From NCBI GenBank assembly GCA_020348445.1, contig CP070751.1, positions 767,216-831,215 on the forward strand: a DNA stretch of 64,000 bases, read 5' to 3'. Positions 9,932 through 20,849 of this stretch are shown one piece after another. Position numbers and translations under genes: made by a program. Origin of the DNA: Thermoplasmata archaeon (lineage in GTDB: Archaea; Thermoplasmatota; Thermoplasmata; GCA-020350865). Within the stretch, counting starts at the first letter, position 1. Each line of letters starts with the position of its first letter. Below the pieces are notes generated by a model. That model ran no database searches and was not told the DNA's origin. It saw nothing but the letters and a program-made list of their open reading frames with translations.

Positions 9932-10990
9932 TCATTTTTTATCTTCTGGCTTTTTTGTATCTTTCTTGTTCTTCTTTTTCGAACCTTTATCCTTAGTGCG
10001 ATAGTACTTTAAAGGATGCGTCATCCACTCCTTTTTACACAGGCTGTCTTCGTTAAAACAGATGCCATAGCTTTTCATTGTACTGCATTCTGGTGGAGTA
10101 TATTCTGTGCCTGATATCTTTCCTGTTATGTGTTCTATCTGATAGCGGGTTTTACTTTCGTCGAAATCAGGAGATGACGCGAACAACTGGAGGATCTCAT
10201 CAGGGGACATGCCTAACGAATGCAGAAAAGCTGTTAATGCGAACCTCCCGCTGTGAGGTAGGTTTTCCCCGGCCTGGACCTTTGCAATAAGCTGTTGTAT
10301 GCAAGGTGGTAATTTTGTTACCCTGAGCTTTCCGAAATCCTCGGCTTTGAAGGTGTTTTTTCTCTCCTCTACGATCTTTGTGATTTCTGTGATGTGCCCT
10401 TTCAGATCCTTTAATATTTCGTTGGTGACTTCAGCGGGCAATTCCCTTTCTATGCGCATCTGTAGTGCCTGCTGAATCACCCTGGCCAATCGAGTTTTAT
10501 CGAGGATGATATAACCCTTATGCAGATTTTGATTTGCGATTTTCCATGGTTTACTTCGCATTTGTGAGGTGTTTCTCAGATAGTGGGTAAAGTGGATTTT
10601 ACAGGCTCCATCCTCCTGCTTCACGTCCAAATCGAGCTCCATAGCCACGTTAACCACAAAATCAAAATCCTCGTTCTGGAGCCTCAAATTGGCTGTTTTT
10701 GCCTCTGCCAAGGCGTAGCGTTTGGTCAAATAAGAATCATTCACACAGGACACCAAGATTCTTGCTGCTATGTATGAGAGCAACTCAACTAGGCAATCTG
10801 CATCAGAAATGAGGCTGCGATCATTTATCCTGCCTTCAGATAATGCCTCAAGCACCCTCTCCTTTCCAGATACCCTCGTGCGCTCGTAAGCCAAGTCGTG
10901 TAACAATTCCTCTAATGAAGGCCCCATTTTTTTAAGATACACGGATGATTCCGAAAGAAATGGATAATTTGCCATTTGCGATAATTCCAT
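9932..10990 (-). CDS. priL: DNA primase large subunit PriL
   Basis: YPFL N-terminus; LPPCI...NLPHSGRF...SPDFDESKTRYQIEH...YTPPEC...C...C...HPLKYY Fe-S domain. Confidence 0.96.
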   Translation of the reverse strand: MELSQMANYPFLSESSVYLKKMGPSLEELLHDLAYERTRVSGKERVLEALSEGRINDRSLISDADCLVELLSYIAARILVSCVNDSYLTKRYALAEAKTANLRLQNEDFDFVVNVAMELDLDVKQEDGACKIHFTHYLRNTSQMRSKPWKIANQNLHKGYIILDKTRLARVIQQALQMRIERELPAEVTNEILKDLKGHITEITKIVEERKNTFKAEDFGKLRVTKLPPCIQQLIAKVQAGENLPHSGRFALTAFLHSLGMSPDEILQLFASSPDFDESKTRYQIEHITGKISGTEYTPPECSTMKSYGICFNEDSLCKKEWMTHPLKYYRTKDKGSKKKNKKDTKKPEDKK

Positions 10991-11049
10991 GAGATCGAGT
11001 TATGAACATGTGGAATATAAAAGATTTCGATATAAGATCTTAAGGAGCG

Positions 11050-12108
11050 TTAAATCTCAGTCTCTTTCGGCTCCTTATTCCCCTTGTTTTCCCTATCTTC
11101 ATCATCCTCGGGGGATTCTTTCTCCTCTTCCTTTACCTTGGGCCTTGGCGGAAATGTGAATATAGACACCACGGCTCCAATGCCTAGCCCGATGTAATTT
11201 ATGGCCAATAAAGTTAATGCCACTGCACTTCCGATATCGCCTGCGATACCGAACAGATTCTCTAATAAAAGGATAAATGTGACCTCTTTTGGACCTACAG
11301 GCAAAAATAGAAATGTTCTTGCCACCCAGGATGTAGCATTTACCACAAGAAGATAGAAAATAAATGGTGGTGAAGCCACGTCAAAAGCCAAAAGGAGGGT
11401 GTATGTTACCACTGCCTCGATTACCCAACCCAATACAGTAAGAACGGCATTTACGGCAAGTAAGGCCTTTCTCTTGTGGAATTTGATTATCGCACCTTTG
11501 AACTTGGAAATGGAGATTGAGATTTTTAATGACAGCCTCGTGAGAAACTTGCCCCTCTTCTCAAACAACTTTTCGATGAAAACAGCCAGCCTGTCAAAGA
11601 ACTGTGGTTTGAAAAGCAGAAAATAAGCGATAGCAAGAATTGCTATCAATATTATTATGAAGATCAGGTTCTCCTGTCCTGGTATGAACAGTATTATACA
11701 TATACCTGCCATGGCCACCAAGAAGGTAATGTCAGATATCCTCTCGATCACCACAGCTGCCATTGTGTCCCTTGCTTTTATGCCCAGCTTGGTTTTCGCA
11801 ATCGCGGCCCTTGTGATCTCACCGGTACCAATTGGCGCGAAGAGGTTCATGGCCTGGCCAATTAGATATACCCTTGAAGAATTGGTAAAATTCGCTTCTT
11901 TTTGCAATAGCCACCATCTTACAAGTTTTATGGATAAAATGGAAAGCATCAATAGAATCGAGAGCGTAAGAAGATAAGGATCGGCTTTCAACATCACTTC
12001 TATGACATTCTCGGCTCCTATGAAATAGAGCATTAAGGCTATTATAACTATACCGATTACGAACATCAAGGCATTGATAGCCAGATTTGTCGCCCTTTTT
12101 CTCTCCAT
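11050..12108 (-). CDS. UPF0104 / lysylphosphatidylglycerol-synthase TM-domain flippase-like membrane protein
   Basis: RWWLL, P.GTGEITRA and ER..D motifs; multiple TM helices. Confidence 0.85.
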   Translation of the reverse strand: MERKRATNLAINALMFVIGIVIIALMLYFIGAENVIEVMLKADPYLLTLSILLMLSILSIKLVRWWLLQKEANFTNSSRVYLIGQAMNLFAPIGTGEITRAAIAKTKLGIKARDTMAAVVIERISDITFLVAMAGICIILFIPGQENLIFIIILIAILAIAYFLLFKPQFFDRLAVFIEKLFEKRGKFLTRLSLKISISISKFKGAIIKFHKRKALLAVNAVLTVLGWVIEAVVTYTLLLAFDVASPPFIFYLLVVNATSWVARTFLFLPVGPKEVTFILLLENLFGIAGDIGSAVALTLLAINYIGLGIGAVVSIFTFPPRPKVKEEEKESPEDDEDRENKGNKEPKETEI

Positions 12109-12156
12109 AAAATCACGATACTACCTGTCATATTGTCCTCGCTAAAGTAGTAAAAT

Positions 12157-13245
12157 CTAAGATAAGGTCTCAGCAATGATTTGGCATATATAATCGATCT
12201 CATGGTCCTTTAATGATGTAGCAGACGGAAGTGAAACACCTCTTTTTGCAATATCCTCCGCAACTTCGAGCTTTTCATCACTATAATCGATATAAGGAGG
12301 TTGGGTATGCATGGGGTAGAAAAACGGCCTTGTATCTATCTCCTTTTCTCGCAGGCGGAATGTGAAATCGTCTCTTTGGATATTGTCAACAAGTATAGAA
12401 TATAGCCAGTAAACATTCTTTGCCCAATCCATTTCTGGTGGAAGCGTAATATTTGATATCCCTTCCAACTTTTCATTGTATTTCTTGGCATTTTCTCTTT
12501 TTATCTGGATGTATTCTTCGATCTTCTCAACCTGGGCCAGACCCACAGCAGCCTGCATGTTGGTCATACGATAGTTGTAACCCATATACGGGTGCCAGTA
12601 TCTTTTTTCCTTGGACATTGCATGATCCCGAAGCATCATGGCTTTGTTCATGATCTCCTCATCATTTGTTGTAATCATACCCCCTTCGCCGCAGGTGATG
12701 ATCTTATTCCCATAAAAGCTGAAACAACCAACATGGCCGATTCCACCGACCTTTCTTTTCCGATACTCTGCACCATGAGCCTCAGCAGCATCCTCTATCA
12801 CGACCAGCGAATGATCCTCTGCAAGGTCCATTATAGGGTCCATATCCACAGGGTGCCCGTAGAGATGAACTGGAACTATTGCCTTGGTTTTTTCTGTGAT
12901 CTTTTCTTTAACTTTTTCTGGATCCATATTCCAGGTGCGCGGTTCTGAGTCCACGAAGACTGGCTTGGCTCCTGTGTAGGCTACACAATTTGCTGTTGCG
13001 ATAAAAGAGAGCGTAGGAATTATAACCTCATCGTCCTTGCCTATTCCGAAAGTGGCAAGTGCCAAATGCAGTGCAGTAGTACCACTTGATGTTGCGATTC
13101 CATATTTTGTTTCTGTGAATTTACTGAATTCCTCTTCGAATTTTTTTATGTACTTGCCTATGGAGGATATCCACCCTGAGCTGACACAATCGGTGACATA
13201 CTTAAGCTCATTTCCATTGAGTTTGGGCTCGGCAATAGGTATCAT
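12157..13245 (-). CDS. DegT/DnrJ/EryC1/StrS PLP sugar aminotransferase, perosamine-synthase-like
   Basis: GWISSIG, SSGTTALHLAL, EDAAEAHG, SFYGNKIITCGEGG (PLP Lys) and GYNYRM. Confidence 0.93.
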   Translation of the reverse strand: MIPIAEPKLNGNELKYVTDCVSSGWISSIGKYIKKFEEEFSKFTETKYGIATSSGTTALHLALATFGIGKDDEVIIPTLSFIATANCVAYTGAKPVFVDSEPRTWNMDPEKVKEKITEKTKAIVPVHLYGHPVDMDPIMDLAEDHSLVVIEDAAEAHGAEYRKRKVGGIGHVGCFSFYGNKIITCGEGGMITTNDEEIMNKAMMLRDHAMSKEKRYWHPYMGYNYRMTNMQAAVGLAQVEKIEEYIQIKRENAKKYNEKLEGISNITLPPEMDWAKNVYWLYSILVDNIQRDDFTFRLREKEIDTRPFFYPMHTQPPYIDYSDEKLEVAEDIAKRGVSLPSATSLKDHEIDYICQIIAETLS

Positions 13246-14250
13246 TCATAACCCCTTGTGCCATATTTCATCTTCGGAGGCTATCTTTTTCTCCCAAGGC
13301 CACTTGCTATCGTTTTCCTTGTACCAATTTATTGTACGCTTCAATCCTTCCACGATGTCGATTTTGGGATCCCAACCTATGAGCCTGTGAGCCTTGAAGT
13401 AATTACATTGCAACCTTTCAACATCCAGTGGGCGTAACCTCACATCCTCGACTTCGATTTCTATTGAATCGTGACCCATGAGCTCTGCTATGATATGTGC
13501 CAGTTCCTCCACTGACCAATCCTTGCCAAAGCCCAGGTTCACGACCTCCCCTACGGCGGAATCGCATTTCATAATAGCCACAGCACCCTTTGCAGAATCA
13601 TCAATGTATGTCAAATCCCTTCTTGCTTTGATATTGCCCAGCTTTAGTTTGTTCGTGCTCGACAATTGTGTGATGAGCTCTGGTATGATATATGGATGGG
13701 TTTCCCTTGGGCCATATGTGTTGAACTGTCTCATGATGATAATAGGTATATTTTGTTCATGGTAAAGGGTATAGCATAATCTATCGGCAGCCAGCTTACT
13801 TACCGCATATGTGGAGCATGGAATAGTTGGATGGTGCTCATCCATGGGAACATACTGGGCTGTTCCGTAAACCTCGGAAGATGAATACTGAAGAATCCTT
13901 TTGACCCCTGCCTCCTTTGAGGAAAGCATTACATTTAATGCGCCATTTGCATTGACCTCGAAGAAGTTCTTTGGCCTATCATAGCAGTGGGGGATATAGG
14001 GTTCAGCTGCCAGGTTGAATACACAATCGATTTTATGCTCCTTAAGATGATTCACAATTTTCGTATCGCGGATGTCTCCCTCAATCATTGTAATGTCGTC
14101 CTTGAGCTCCTGGATATTTGAGAGATCCCCGCTAAGATAGTTATCATAAATAACGACGCTTGAGCCCTCTTTGAGTAGTTCTCGAACCAAAGCCGAGCCA
14201 ATGAAACCAGCGCCGCCTGTGACAAATACGTTCCTGCCAGATAATTCCAA
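13246..14250 (-). CDS. NDP-sugar 4,6-dehydratase / epimerase (extended SDR)
   Basis: TGGAGFIG, SSSEVYGTAQYVP, YAVSK and FNTYGPR; abuts the aminotransferase start. Confidence 0.92.
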   Translation of the reverse strand: MELSGRNVFVTGGAGFIGSALVRELLKEGSSVVIYDNYLSGDLSNIQELKDDITMIEGDIRDTKIVNHLKEHKIDCVFNLAAEPYIPHCYDRPKNFFEVNANGALNVMLSSKEAGVKRILQYSSSEVYGTAQYVPMDEHHPTIPCSTYAVSKLAADRLCYTLYHEQNIPIIIMRQFNTYGPRETHPYIIPELITQLSSTNKLKLGNIKARRDLTYIDDSAKGAVAIMKCDSAVGEVVNLGFGKDWSVEELAHIIAELMGHDSIEIEVEDVRLRPLDVERLQCNYFKAHRLIGWDPKIDIVEGLKRTINWYKENDSKWPWEKKIASEDEIWHKGL

Positions 14251-14455
14251 ATTCTACACCTTCCCCGCTGATATATCTTAATCTTATTTAAATAAATCGT
14301 TTTAAAGGAACTAAAAGAAGAGAATTATCTAAAAGCGATAAGGTAATTCTATATTCGGGATATATTGCCGAATGCACAATAACTTCTATCATTTTTCATA
14401 TGCAGTTTGTTGCCTTTAAAAATGAATTTCATAGTGCAATCTTATCGAAAAAGGT

Positions 14456-17400
14456 CTATACCCCTATAAAAATGAATTTCGTGATACTTGTTGTGGAGAT
14501 TTGATAACCATCCGTCATCTTCAAAGTGGTATCAAATGCCCCCGCTGGCATTATCGTGGAGTGCCAGTACCACCGCTGCTTACTATCATTGTGATAGTTT
14601 ATGCCGACAGTGAACGGTATATTATCGCAGTACCAATCTGCAGTTTGATTGTCATTCAGTTTCAGTGGTATCCCAATTGTATCATATCCAGATAGGTACT
14701 CCTCTGTCCAAATTCCCACGCTGTACGTGGAGGATCCCCTAATGCCGCTTGCGTTAAAGGGGACAACCAAATAATACAACCTTGTCCCAGCTATGTGCGC
14801 CCCTATACCCGTTATGGTGGTTGTGTTGGTTCCATAGTTAATAATAGGGCACGCAAGAAAGTAATCTTCATCAATAGTTTTAAAAAATCCATCTCTCTTG
14901 TACGAAAAATACACCTCATACCATCCATCGGTCATACTCACAGGTTTCTGCCAGGATAGGTTCACATCACCATTTGATTTAACTATTACCTTGAGACCTT
15001 TGGCCTCGGTGTACGAATCAAAACCCTGAAATCCTTTGCTGTCCTTGTGTGATATCATGGCACCAGGCATACCAGTGAAGGTGTACACCGTCTCGATATT
15101 GAATAAAACCTCATAACATTCGCCCAATTTCATCTGTGTATCATTGGTAACACCTGCTCCATGTCTCATCCAGATATGCGAAGTTGGATTCATCCATTTG
15201 ATGTATATTGCGTTCATGCCTTTTAGGAAGAGGTCAGCCGTGGCTGACACTGTCTCCAATGGCTCAAGCGGTAAGGAAAACGTTGATACGCCTTGTGGGA
15301 ATGACTTGGTCCATTTCCCAACTGTTCTGCTTGTTGTGCTCGTTTTACCAAAAATATTCACCGCTTTCATTGTGTAATAATACTGCTCTTCATAGTTATC
15401 ATTGCCAAAAAGTGCAGCATTGGTATCATTCCACATCGTCCTAAGGGGTATTGGGCCAGGCTCACCGGATTCATTATCGCGGGAAGTATTAATCCAAGGA
15501 GTGGAAAAATCAAAATCAATCTGTGATGTAGAACGATATATCAAATAATGGTCAATACCAAGGGTTGAGGGCAAATCCCAATAAAGTATGACATCTCTTT
15601 TATCCTGGCTTACATTTATGTAAAGGGTAGGGGGAGCAATACCGATTACTGTGACATTAGTTTTATATACAGTTGCTCCACCATCATCATCCTCCACTGT
15701 AAGATTTATTGTATACACGCCCTCAGTATCATATATGTGTTGCACTAAATCAGATGTATTGAATGGGGAGTCCCCCCAGGGACTTGGATATGGATCTGGT
15801 CCTATGCCGTCGTTATAGTGGATCGTTGTGGTATTTGTCGTCCCATCCCCCCAACTCCAAGTAAAGGTCAAATCATCACTACCAGAATCTGTGGCATTCG
15901 CGACAAAGGAAAAGGGAAAACCTTCTTCTACATTAAATGGCCCAAATGGCTCGATTGTAGGTGCTAGATTATTTACAGTTACCTGCATGGTATCTGCATC
16001 TGATAAACCCTTACCATCTGTCACAGTTAAAGTGACTGTGTAAATCCCATCATCACCGTAAACATGGGTGGGTGTTGGGCCTGTTGCATCGGTGTCGTTT
16101 GTATTGTTACCGTCACCATTCGAGTCTACATTTGCATCTAAGTCCCAAGAATAAGAAGTAATGATCGGCTTTTTCTCTCCTTTTGCCACCCAATATACGG
16201 CATTTACTAGAATTTGGCATTCTTTTAAGGAGGGTAATCCGAGAAAGGTACCATCCTCACTAGCCACTGTGTGACCTATTACATCCAGGGCAACTCTCCC
16301 TTGACCATACTCTTCTGTTGTAAGATAAAAATTAATTAATCCGGGTAACGGTAACGTATCATGCTCTATTACAATATCAGCTGTTGTAACATAACTTTGG
16401 TCTGTATGAGTATAATGGAACCAAGGTGGAGGATAAGGAGTCTTTGGTATCAAATCACCTACATTTCCTATTTCAAAAAGGTTATGAAGAATCTCATGGT
16501 CCATGATAATCTCGGCATTTGGTATATCGAGGCCGACCACACTAGTAGAATTTAAATCGCAATCGACTCCTGCAGGCACTTCTATATTAGGTCCATAGTC
16601 CCAAGTATATTCAAGAGAATCGTGGGTCCATACGATGCCCCCACCATTAAAAACATATTCTTCTAACTCTTTTGTTCTGGCTATTGGAACACTGTTCATT
16701 TCAAATCCATTGTTTAATCCAAATACAATAGCATCATAAGATGAAAGATCATTTGGAGTTCCTGTATTAAATCCAAAAAGACCAACCTGAGTAACCGAGA
16801 AATTATCTGTTGAGCCAGTGTAATCGATCATCATTTGTAACTCATCGTGCTGCCCAACTGAAACATGTAAAACATTTATAATTCCAGATGAGCCCCTTCC
16901 TATGAACTGGACTTCATCACCTTCAAATACAACCTGATCCTCCCCCGCGTCGGCAACTGGGCGTATAACCCAAACCTGTAGAGCAACACCGTTTTTTGCA
17001 CAGGTTATGTTTTCCGAGGAAATTGTTATGGTGATATTGTCCCATTCGATATATGGGATAGAGGAGGGAATTGTGATTGCAATCCAAATATAAACAGATG
17101 ACCCGCTGGGAGTGTATATTTTCGTGATCTCAAATGTTCTTGTCTCATCAAGGATAACAACGTCATATCCATTGAGAGTAGAGTTGAATAATAGAACAGC
17201 ATCATCCACTGTTTGTCTATTTGTTATGGTCAAATTGAAATATTTTGTATCTCCAAGACTGCCATATTTGATAATCCCTCTAGCACTCAGAGTAACGATT
17301 TCTACTGTCGGCGTACAATCAAAGAACCAACCCGCTTTAATCGAGGTTGTATCATCGAATCCATCACTTGTTCCATTTCCATTGGGTACTCTAGACATGG

Positions 17401-19135
17401 TCTTTCCCTGTATATGCTGGGAACTCCAACCCGCCATGTCGAGTAAATCGCCGGTGTTTTTGTAAAGATAGATGTTGTCACCAGAGGATTCTAAAGCATC
17501 AAAGAAGGTTGTGTTCATTTCATATGTAAGATAGAAATATGGTTCGCTTGACATTAGCACTATGCCATCTGGAATTATGTATACAGTATCGCCGACGATC
17601 TTATATCCAGAGATGTCGAGTGATCCTCCTTTGAGATAGAGCTCAACAAAACCCTCAACCTGTGTATTGGGATTGAACATGATCTCGTTTAATATCAATA
17701 TCGAGCTCGAGTTTATAAACCGGACATTGTTTTTATTACCCCAAGTTGGACCAGATGAGGCGTTTCTAAGCCAATCGTCCGAGTAACATATCAAATTATC
17801 ATCAAATCGCCTTGCCACTGATTCGCCCTTCAAAGGATCAGGCGCAGTTCCTTCCTGCCCGAATGCAATCTCATCCACTAAGGCACCGTCTTTGTATAAA
17901 CCAATTGTATCCCCTTCCTTACCTATAGTTCCCCCTGTTACACTGAAAATTCCATATTCGTAAGTAGGAATCGGATCTTTGTTCCATGATCCTGTTAACC
18001 ATGAAGAACCGCCATCCACTGTGAAGCTAAAAGTAGCAACATTTGTGGGTTCAAGTCCATCATTATATACCTCGATTTGCGGTAAAGATGAGTCTGAATC
18101 TGAAAACTCAGTGATACGGTAACCATTTGCAGCTGTTTTATAGTAATATCGCGCATCCTTTATTGCAGTGATCATTTCATCGTAGGTACTGTTTATTGCT
18201 ATCACCAAAGTAAAGGTCCAAGATGATCCGATAGGTATCGTAACACTGTTCCATCCTATAGTTGAAGTTCGATTTCCTGGTGAGCCTCCCTCGACGCTGT
18301 TGGGAGCACGAATTCTGTCGTACAACCATGTCTCGTTTTCCCAATATGTCTTGTATTCATTATAATCAGCAGGGTGATAATCCCTTGAAAAGTAATGTGT
18401 GATGGGATCCGATGCTATGGCTGAGCCAAATCCTAGGCAAGTTCCCGTGCCACCGTCATCCTGAGCCCAGTAGACATTCTCAGTTGTGTTGAAACCGTCG
18501 GTGTCATCTCCTGAGTCCCCGCCCAAACCATATCCCGCCCCCTCTTGGGAGATGTCCACCTCCAAACCAAGGCAAAAATCGGTAATATCAGCAACAGGAC
18601 TTTTTATGTTGATCACCCTCCATTGAAGTATCGCCCAGTCCTTATCCTTGACAGTCCATGCTGATTGATTGATTAGAATGTCGTTGGCATCCTGGCTCGT
18701 CCCTATATTTTTGAATGTAGCTATGCTTTTTTGGGAGTTTCCATCATCTATGATGGTGTCAATTGGAGAAATAATCCCAAAGTCATCTTGACCCCAGTAA
18801 TCATTTGAAGCGAGGGCATAACAATCAGCGATATCAATTGATCCGGAGGTATGATCGTAATTGGCCTGATCAACAACCAATCCAATATACCCCCAACCGC
18901 CGTTACCAACGGTATGTAAGTTACCTCCACTGGGCCATTGTAGGGGTCGTAGGATCCTTCCAAAATCTGATAGCATATTGACCTTGAGTTCTCCTACATC
19001 ATGGTTCACGGTTGTAGCTTGGGCACTGGGTAAATATGTATATGCATCGATAATAAGCATACTAAAAATTAGGATTACGAGGGTTGTTAAAGAGAAAAAT
19101 CTCTTGTATTTACATTTCTTTTTTCTCCTAAACAT
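14456..19135 (-). CDS. Large secreted surface protein with lamin-tail-like, PKD and duplicated Fn3-like C-terminal modules
   Basis: Signal peptide; LILNEIMFN (LTD-like); PVADAGEDQ, YSWDLD...HVYGDDGIYTVTLTVTD and FTWSWGDG (PKD). ATG 19135 follows GAGGAGG SD. Confidence 0.82.
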   Translation of the reverse strand: MFRRKKKCKYKRFFSLTTLVILIFSMLIIDAYTYLPSAQATTVNHDVGELKVNMLSDFGRILRPLQWPSGGNLHTVGNGGWGYIGLVVDQANYDHTSGSIDIADCYALASNDYWGQDDFGIISPIDTIIDDGNSQKSIATFKNIGTSQDANDILINQSAWTVKDKDWAILQWRVINIKSPVADITDFCLGLEVDISQEGAGYGLGGDSGDDTDGFNTTENVYWAQDDGGTGTCLGFGSAIASDPITHYFSRDYHPADYNEYKTYWENETWLYDRIRAPNSVEGGSPGNRTSTIGWNSVTIPIGSSWTFTLVIAINSTYDEMITAIKDARYYYKTAANGYRITEFSDSDSSLPQIEVYNDGLEPTNVATFSFTVDGGSSWLTGSWNKDPIPTYEYGIFSVTGGTIGKEGDTIGLYKDGALVDEIAFGQEGTAPDPLKGESVARRFDDNLICYSDDWLRNASSGPTWGNKNNVRFINSSSILILNEIMFNPNTQVEGFVELYLKGGSLDISGYKIVGDTVYIIPDGIVLMSSEPYFYLTYEMNTTFFDALESSGDNIYLYKNTGDLLDMAGWSSQHIQGKTMSRVPNGNGTSDGFDDTTSIKAGWFFDCTPTVEIVTLSARGIIKYGSLGDTKYFNLTITNRQTVDDAVLLFNSTLNGYDVVILDETRTFEITKIYTPSGSSVYIWIAITIPSSIPYIEWDNITITISSENITCAKNGVALQVWVIRPVADAGEDQVVFEGDEVQFIGRGSSGIINVLHVSVGQHDELQMMIDYTGSTDNFSVTQVGLFGFNTGTPNDLSSYDAIVFGLNNGFEMNSVPIARTKELEEYVFNGGGIVWTHDSLEYTWDYGPNIEVPAGVDCDLNSTSVVGLDIPNAEIIMDHEILHNLFEIGNVGDLIPKTPYPPPWFHYTHTDQSYVTTADIVIEHDTLPLPGLINFYLTTEEYGQGRVALDVIGHTVASEDGTFLGLPSLKECQILVNAVYWVAKGEKKPIITSYSWDLDANVDSNGDGNNTNDTDATGPTPTHVYGDDGIYTVTLTVTDGKGLSDADTMQVTVNNLAPTIEPFGPFNVEEGFPFSFVANATDSGSDDLTFTWSWGDGTTNTTTIHYNDGIGPDPYPSPWGDSPFNTSDLVQHIYDTEGVYTINLTVEDDDGGATVYKTNVTVIGIAPPTLYINVSQDKRDVILYWDLPSTLGIDHYLIYRSTSQIDFDFSTPWINTSRDNESGEPGPIPLRTMWNDTNAALFGNDNYEEQYYYTMKAVNIFGKTSTTSRTVGKWTKSFPQGVSTFSLPLEPLETVSATADLFLKGMNAIYIKWMNPTSHIWMRHGAGVTNDTQMKLGECYEVLFNIETVYTFTGMPGAMISHKDSKGFQGFDSYTEAKGLKVIVKSNGDVNLSWQKPVSMTDGWYEVYFSYKRDGFFKTIDEDYFLACPIINYGTNTTTITGIGAHIAGTRLYYLVVPFNASGIRGSSTYSVGIWTEEYLSGYDTIGIPLKLNDNQTADWYCDNIPFTVGINYHNDSKQRWYWHSTIMPAGAFDTTLKMTDGYQISTTSITKFIFIGV

Positions 19136-19404
19136 GTATTTCCCTCCTCTCATTAACGGGATGCACACGAGCCTGAAATAGTATTTTGCTAATCAAATAT
19201 ATTAATAGCAATTTTTCGACTATTTCCTCTCAAAGGAAATATATATAAAACAGGTATAAATCCTTTTTGTTGTAATAATTGATATTTTGCTTGATCTGAA
19301 TTGAATGAAAATCCAGAGTTTTTAAACAGAATTTGTATATGAAAATATTAAATTTAAATACTAAAAGATGAATCAGGCACTATAGTGCTTTACAGGGGAT
19401 CGCC

Positions 19405-20205
19405 ATGGCCCTTTTCAAATTCGACCTGTTCGATGATCAATACCTCATTAAGGGATTCAAAGGTGAGCACCACTTCGAAGAGGTTCAAATAACTCCCAAG
19501 GACAAGCGGCTCCTACGAATTATTAAGATTTGCTTGGGAATATACAGCGCCTTTATCCGTTTCCGCATTAGAATGGCCCCAAATCGCATGGAGCGCGCCT
19601 GTCGCACCTATTCCCGTGGACCGCGAGGATTTCTGTTGCGCGCAATTTATTATAAGACTAAACTGAGACATTTGGGGCAGAACACTCTAATCGACACAGA
19701 CGTGAAAATCTGGAATCCGCAGAATGTCAGTATAGGAAGTTACAGCCATATAGATCTGGGTGCCGTGATCGAAGGGGGACCTCTGGGAAAGGGTAGAGTG
19801 GATATTGGGAACCATACACACATTGCTGCCAATAGCTTGCTCTCAGGTCGCGGGGGGTTATATATCGGAGACAACGTGGCAGTCGCTGCTGGTTGCCGGA
19901 TTTTCACAGCTTCTAACTTTCATACCGATCCTGATGGACGGTACTGCTACATGTCCGCTGTTTCGAAGCAGGAGCATCAGTATGTCGTGGAAAAGCCAAT
20001 ACATATAAAAAAAGAGGTGTTAATAGGGGCTAACTCAGTCATCCTTCCCGATATAACCGTTGGTGAGGGGTCAGTTGTTGGGGCCCTTTCCCTTGTCACG
20101 CAGGATATTCCTCCATACTCAATCGCCATGGGGTATCCGGCAAGAGTCATCATGAAACGGCCCAAAGGAGAACTGCGCTCCGTCAAAAAAACCTCAAAGA
20201 AGTGA
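19405..20205 (+). CDS. Left-handed beta-helix (hexapeptide repeat) acyltransferase
   Basis: Hexapeptide repeats (VSIGSY, VDIGNH, LYIGDN, VLIGAN, TVGEGSVVGA) and AMGYPARVI end motif. Confidence 0.9.
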   Translation: MALFKFDLFDDQYLIKGFKGEHHFEEVQITPKDKRLLRIIKICLGIYSAFIRFRIRMAPNRMERACRTYSRGPRGFLLRAIYYKTKLRHLGQNTLIDTDVKIWNPQNVSIGSYSHIDLGAVIEGGPLGKGRVDIGNHTHIAANSLLSGRGGLYIGDNVAVAAGCRIFTASNFHTDPDGRYCYMSAVSKQEHQYVVEKPIHIKKEVLIGANSVILPDITVGEGSVVGALSLVTQDIPPYSIAMGYPARVIMKRPKGELRSVKKTSKK

Positions 20206-20249
20206 TAAAATAAATCAAAGTCCAAATAGAAATATGATCTGTGATTCTA

Positions 20250-20600
20250 ATGGAAATCGGCGTTGATTGTGTTAATATTGATAGATTTGAAAAAGAAAAC
20301 CTGTCTAGTGAAGCCCTATTGAAGAAGATATTCACAGAAAAGGAAATACTATATTGCGAAAAAAAGACAAAATCTTCTCAGCATTATGCAGTGAGATTCG
20401 CAGGAAAAGAGGCGGTAATGAAGGCTCTTAATCAATATAATATCAAAATCCCCACGAACAAAATAGAGATACTTAACAATGAAAAGGGAATTCCATATGT
20501 CAGAATTCTCGATAATAATTTGAATGATTTAGATGTTAAAATAAGTCTAAGCCATTCCAAGGATATCGCAATTGCCATGGCCATTATATACAAGAAATAA
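20250..20600 (+). CDS. acpS: Holo-ACP synthase (4'-phosphopantetheinyl transferase)
   Basis: IGVD, IFTEKE..YC, RFAGKEAVMKAL, G.P and SLSHS motifs. ATG at 20250 (ORF track uses GTG 20241). Confidence 0.95.
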   Translation: MEIGVDCVNIDRFEKENLSSEALLKKIFTEKEILYCEKKTKSSQHYAVRFAGKEAVMKALNQYNIKIPTNKIEILNNEKGIPYVRILDNNLNDLDVKISLSHSKDIAIAMAIIYKK

Positions 20601-20849
20601 AAGGTGCTTGATGGTCCAGATTTATATTCAACTTTTTAAGAACATGTTCAAGCTCTTTAATCTTTATTGATATTTGGTTTCCCACTTAATCTGTTAAAAT
20701 ACAGCTGAATATGCCGATAATTCCATTAAATACGATATTTTTATAATATTGCTATTGTTGGTAATCGTTAATATAAAATATAAGTAATCAATATATCATC
20801 CTCTCAAATGAAGATATGATATTTAACAATGTGGGCGGAGTCGATAACC

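Noticed and set aside
12109-12159. Stop-codon read-through (pyrrolysine) fusing the aminotransferase to the in-frame flippase-like gene
   Set aside because: A second in-frame TAG occurs in the 48-nt spacer, and both genes look complete.
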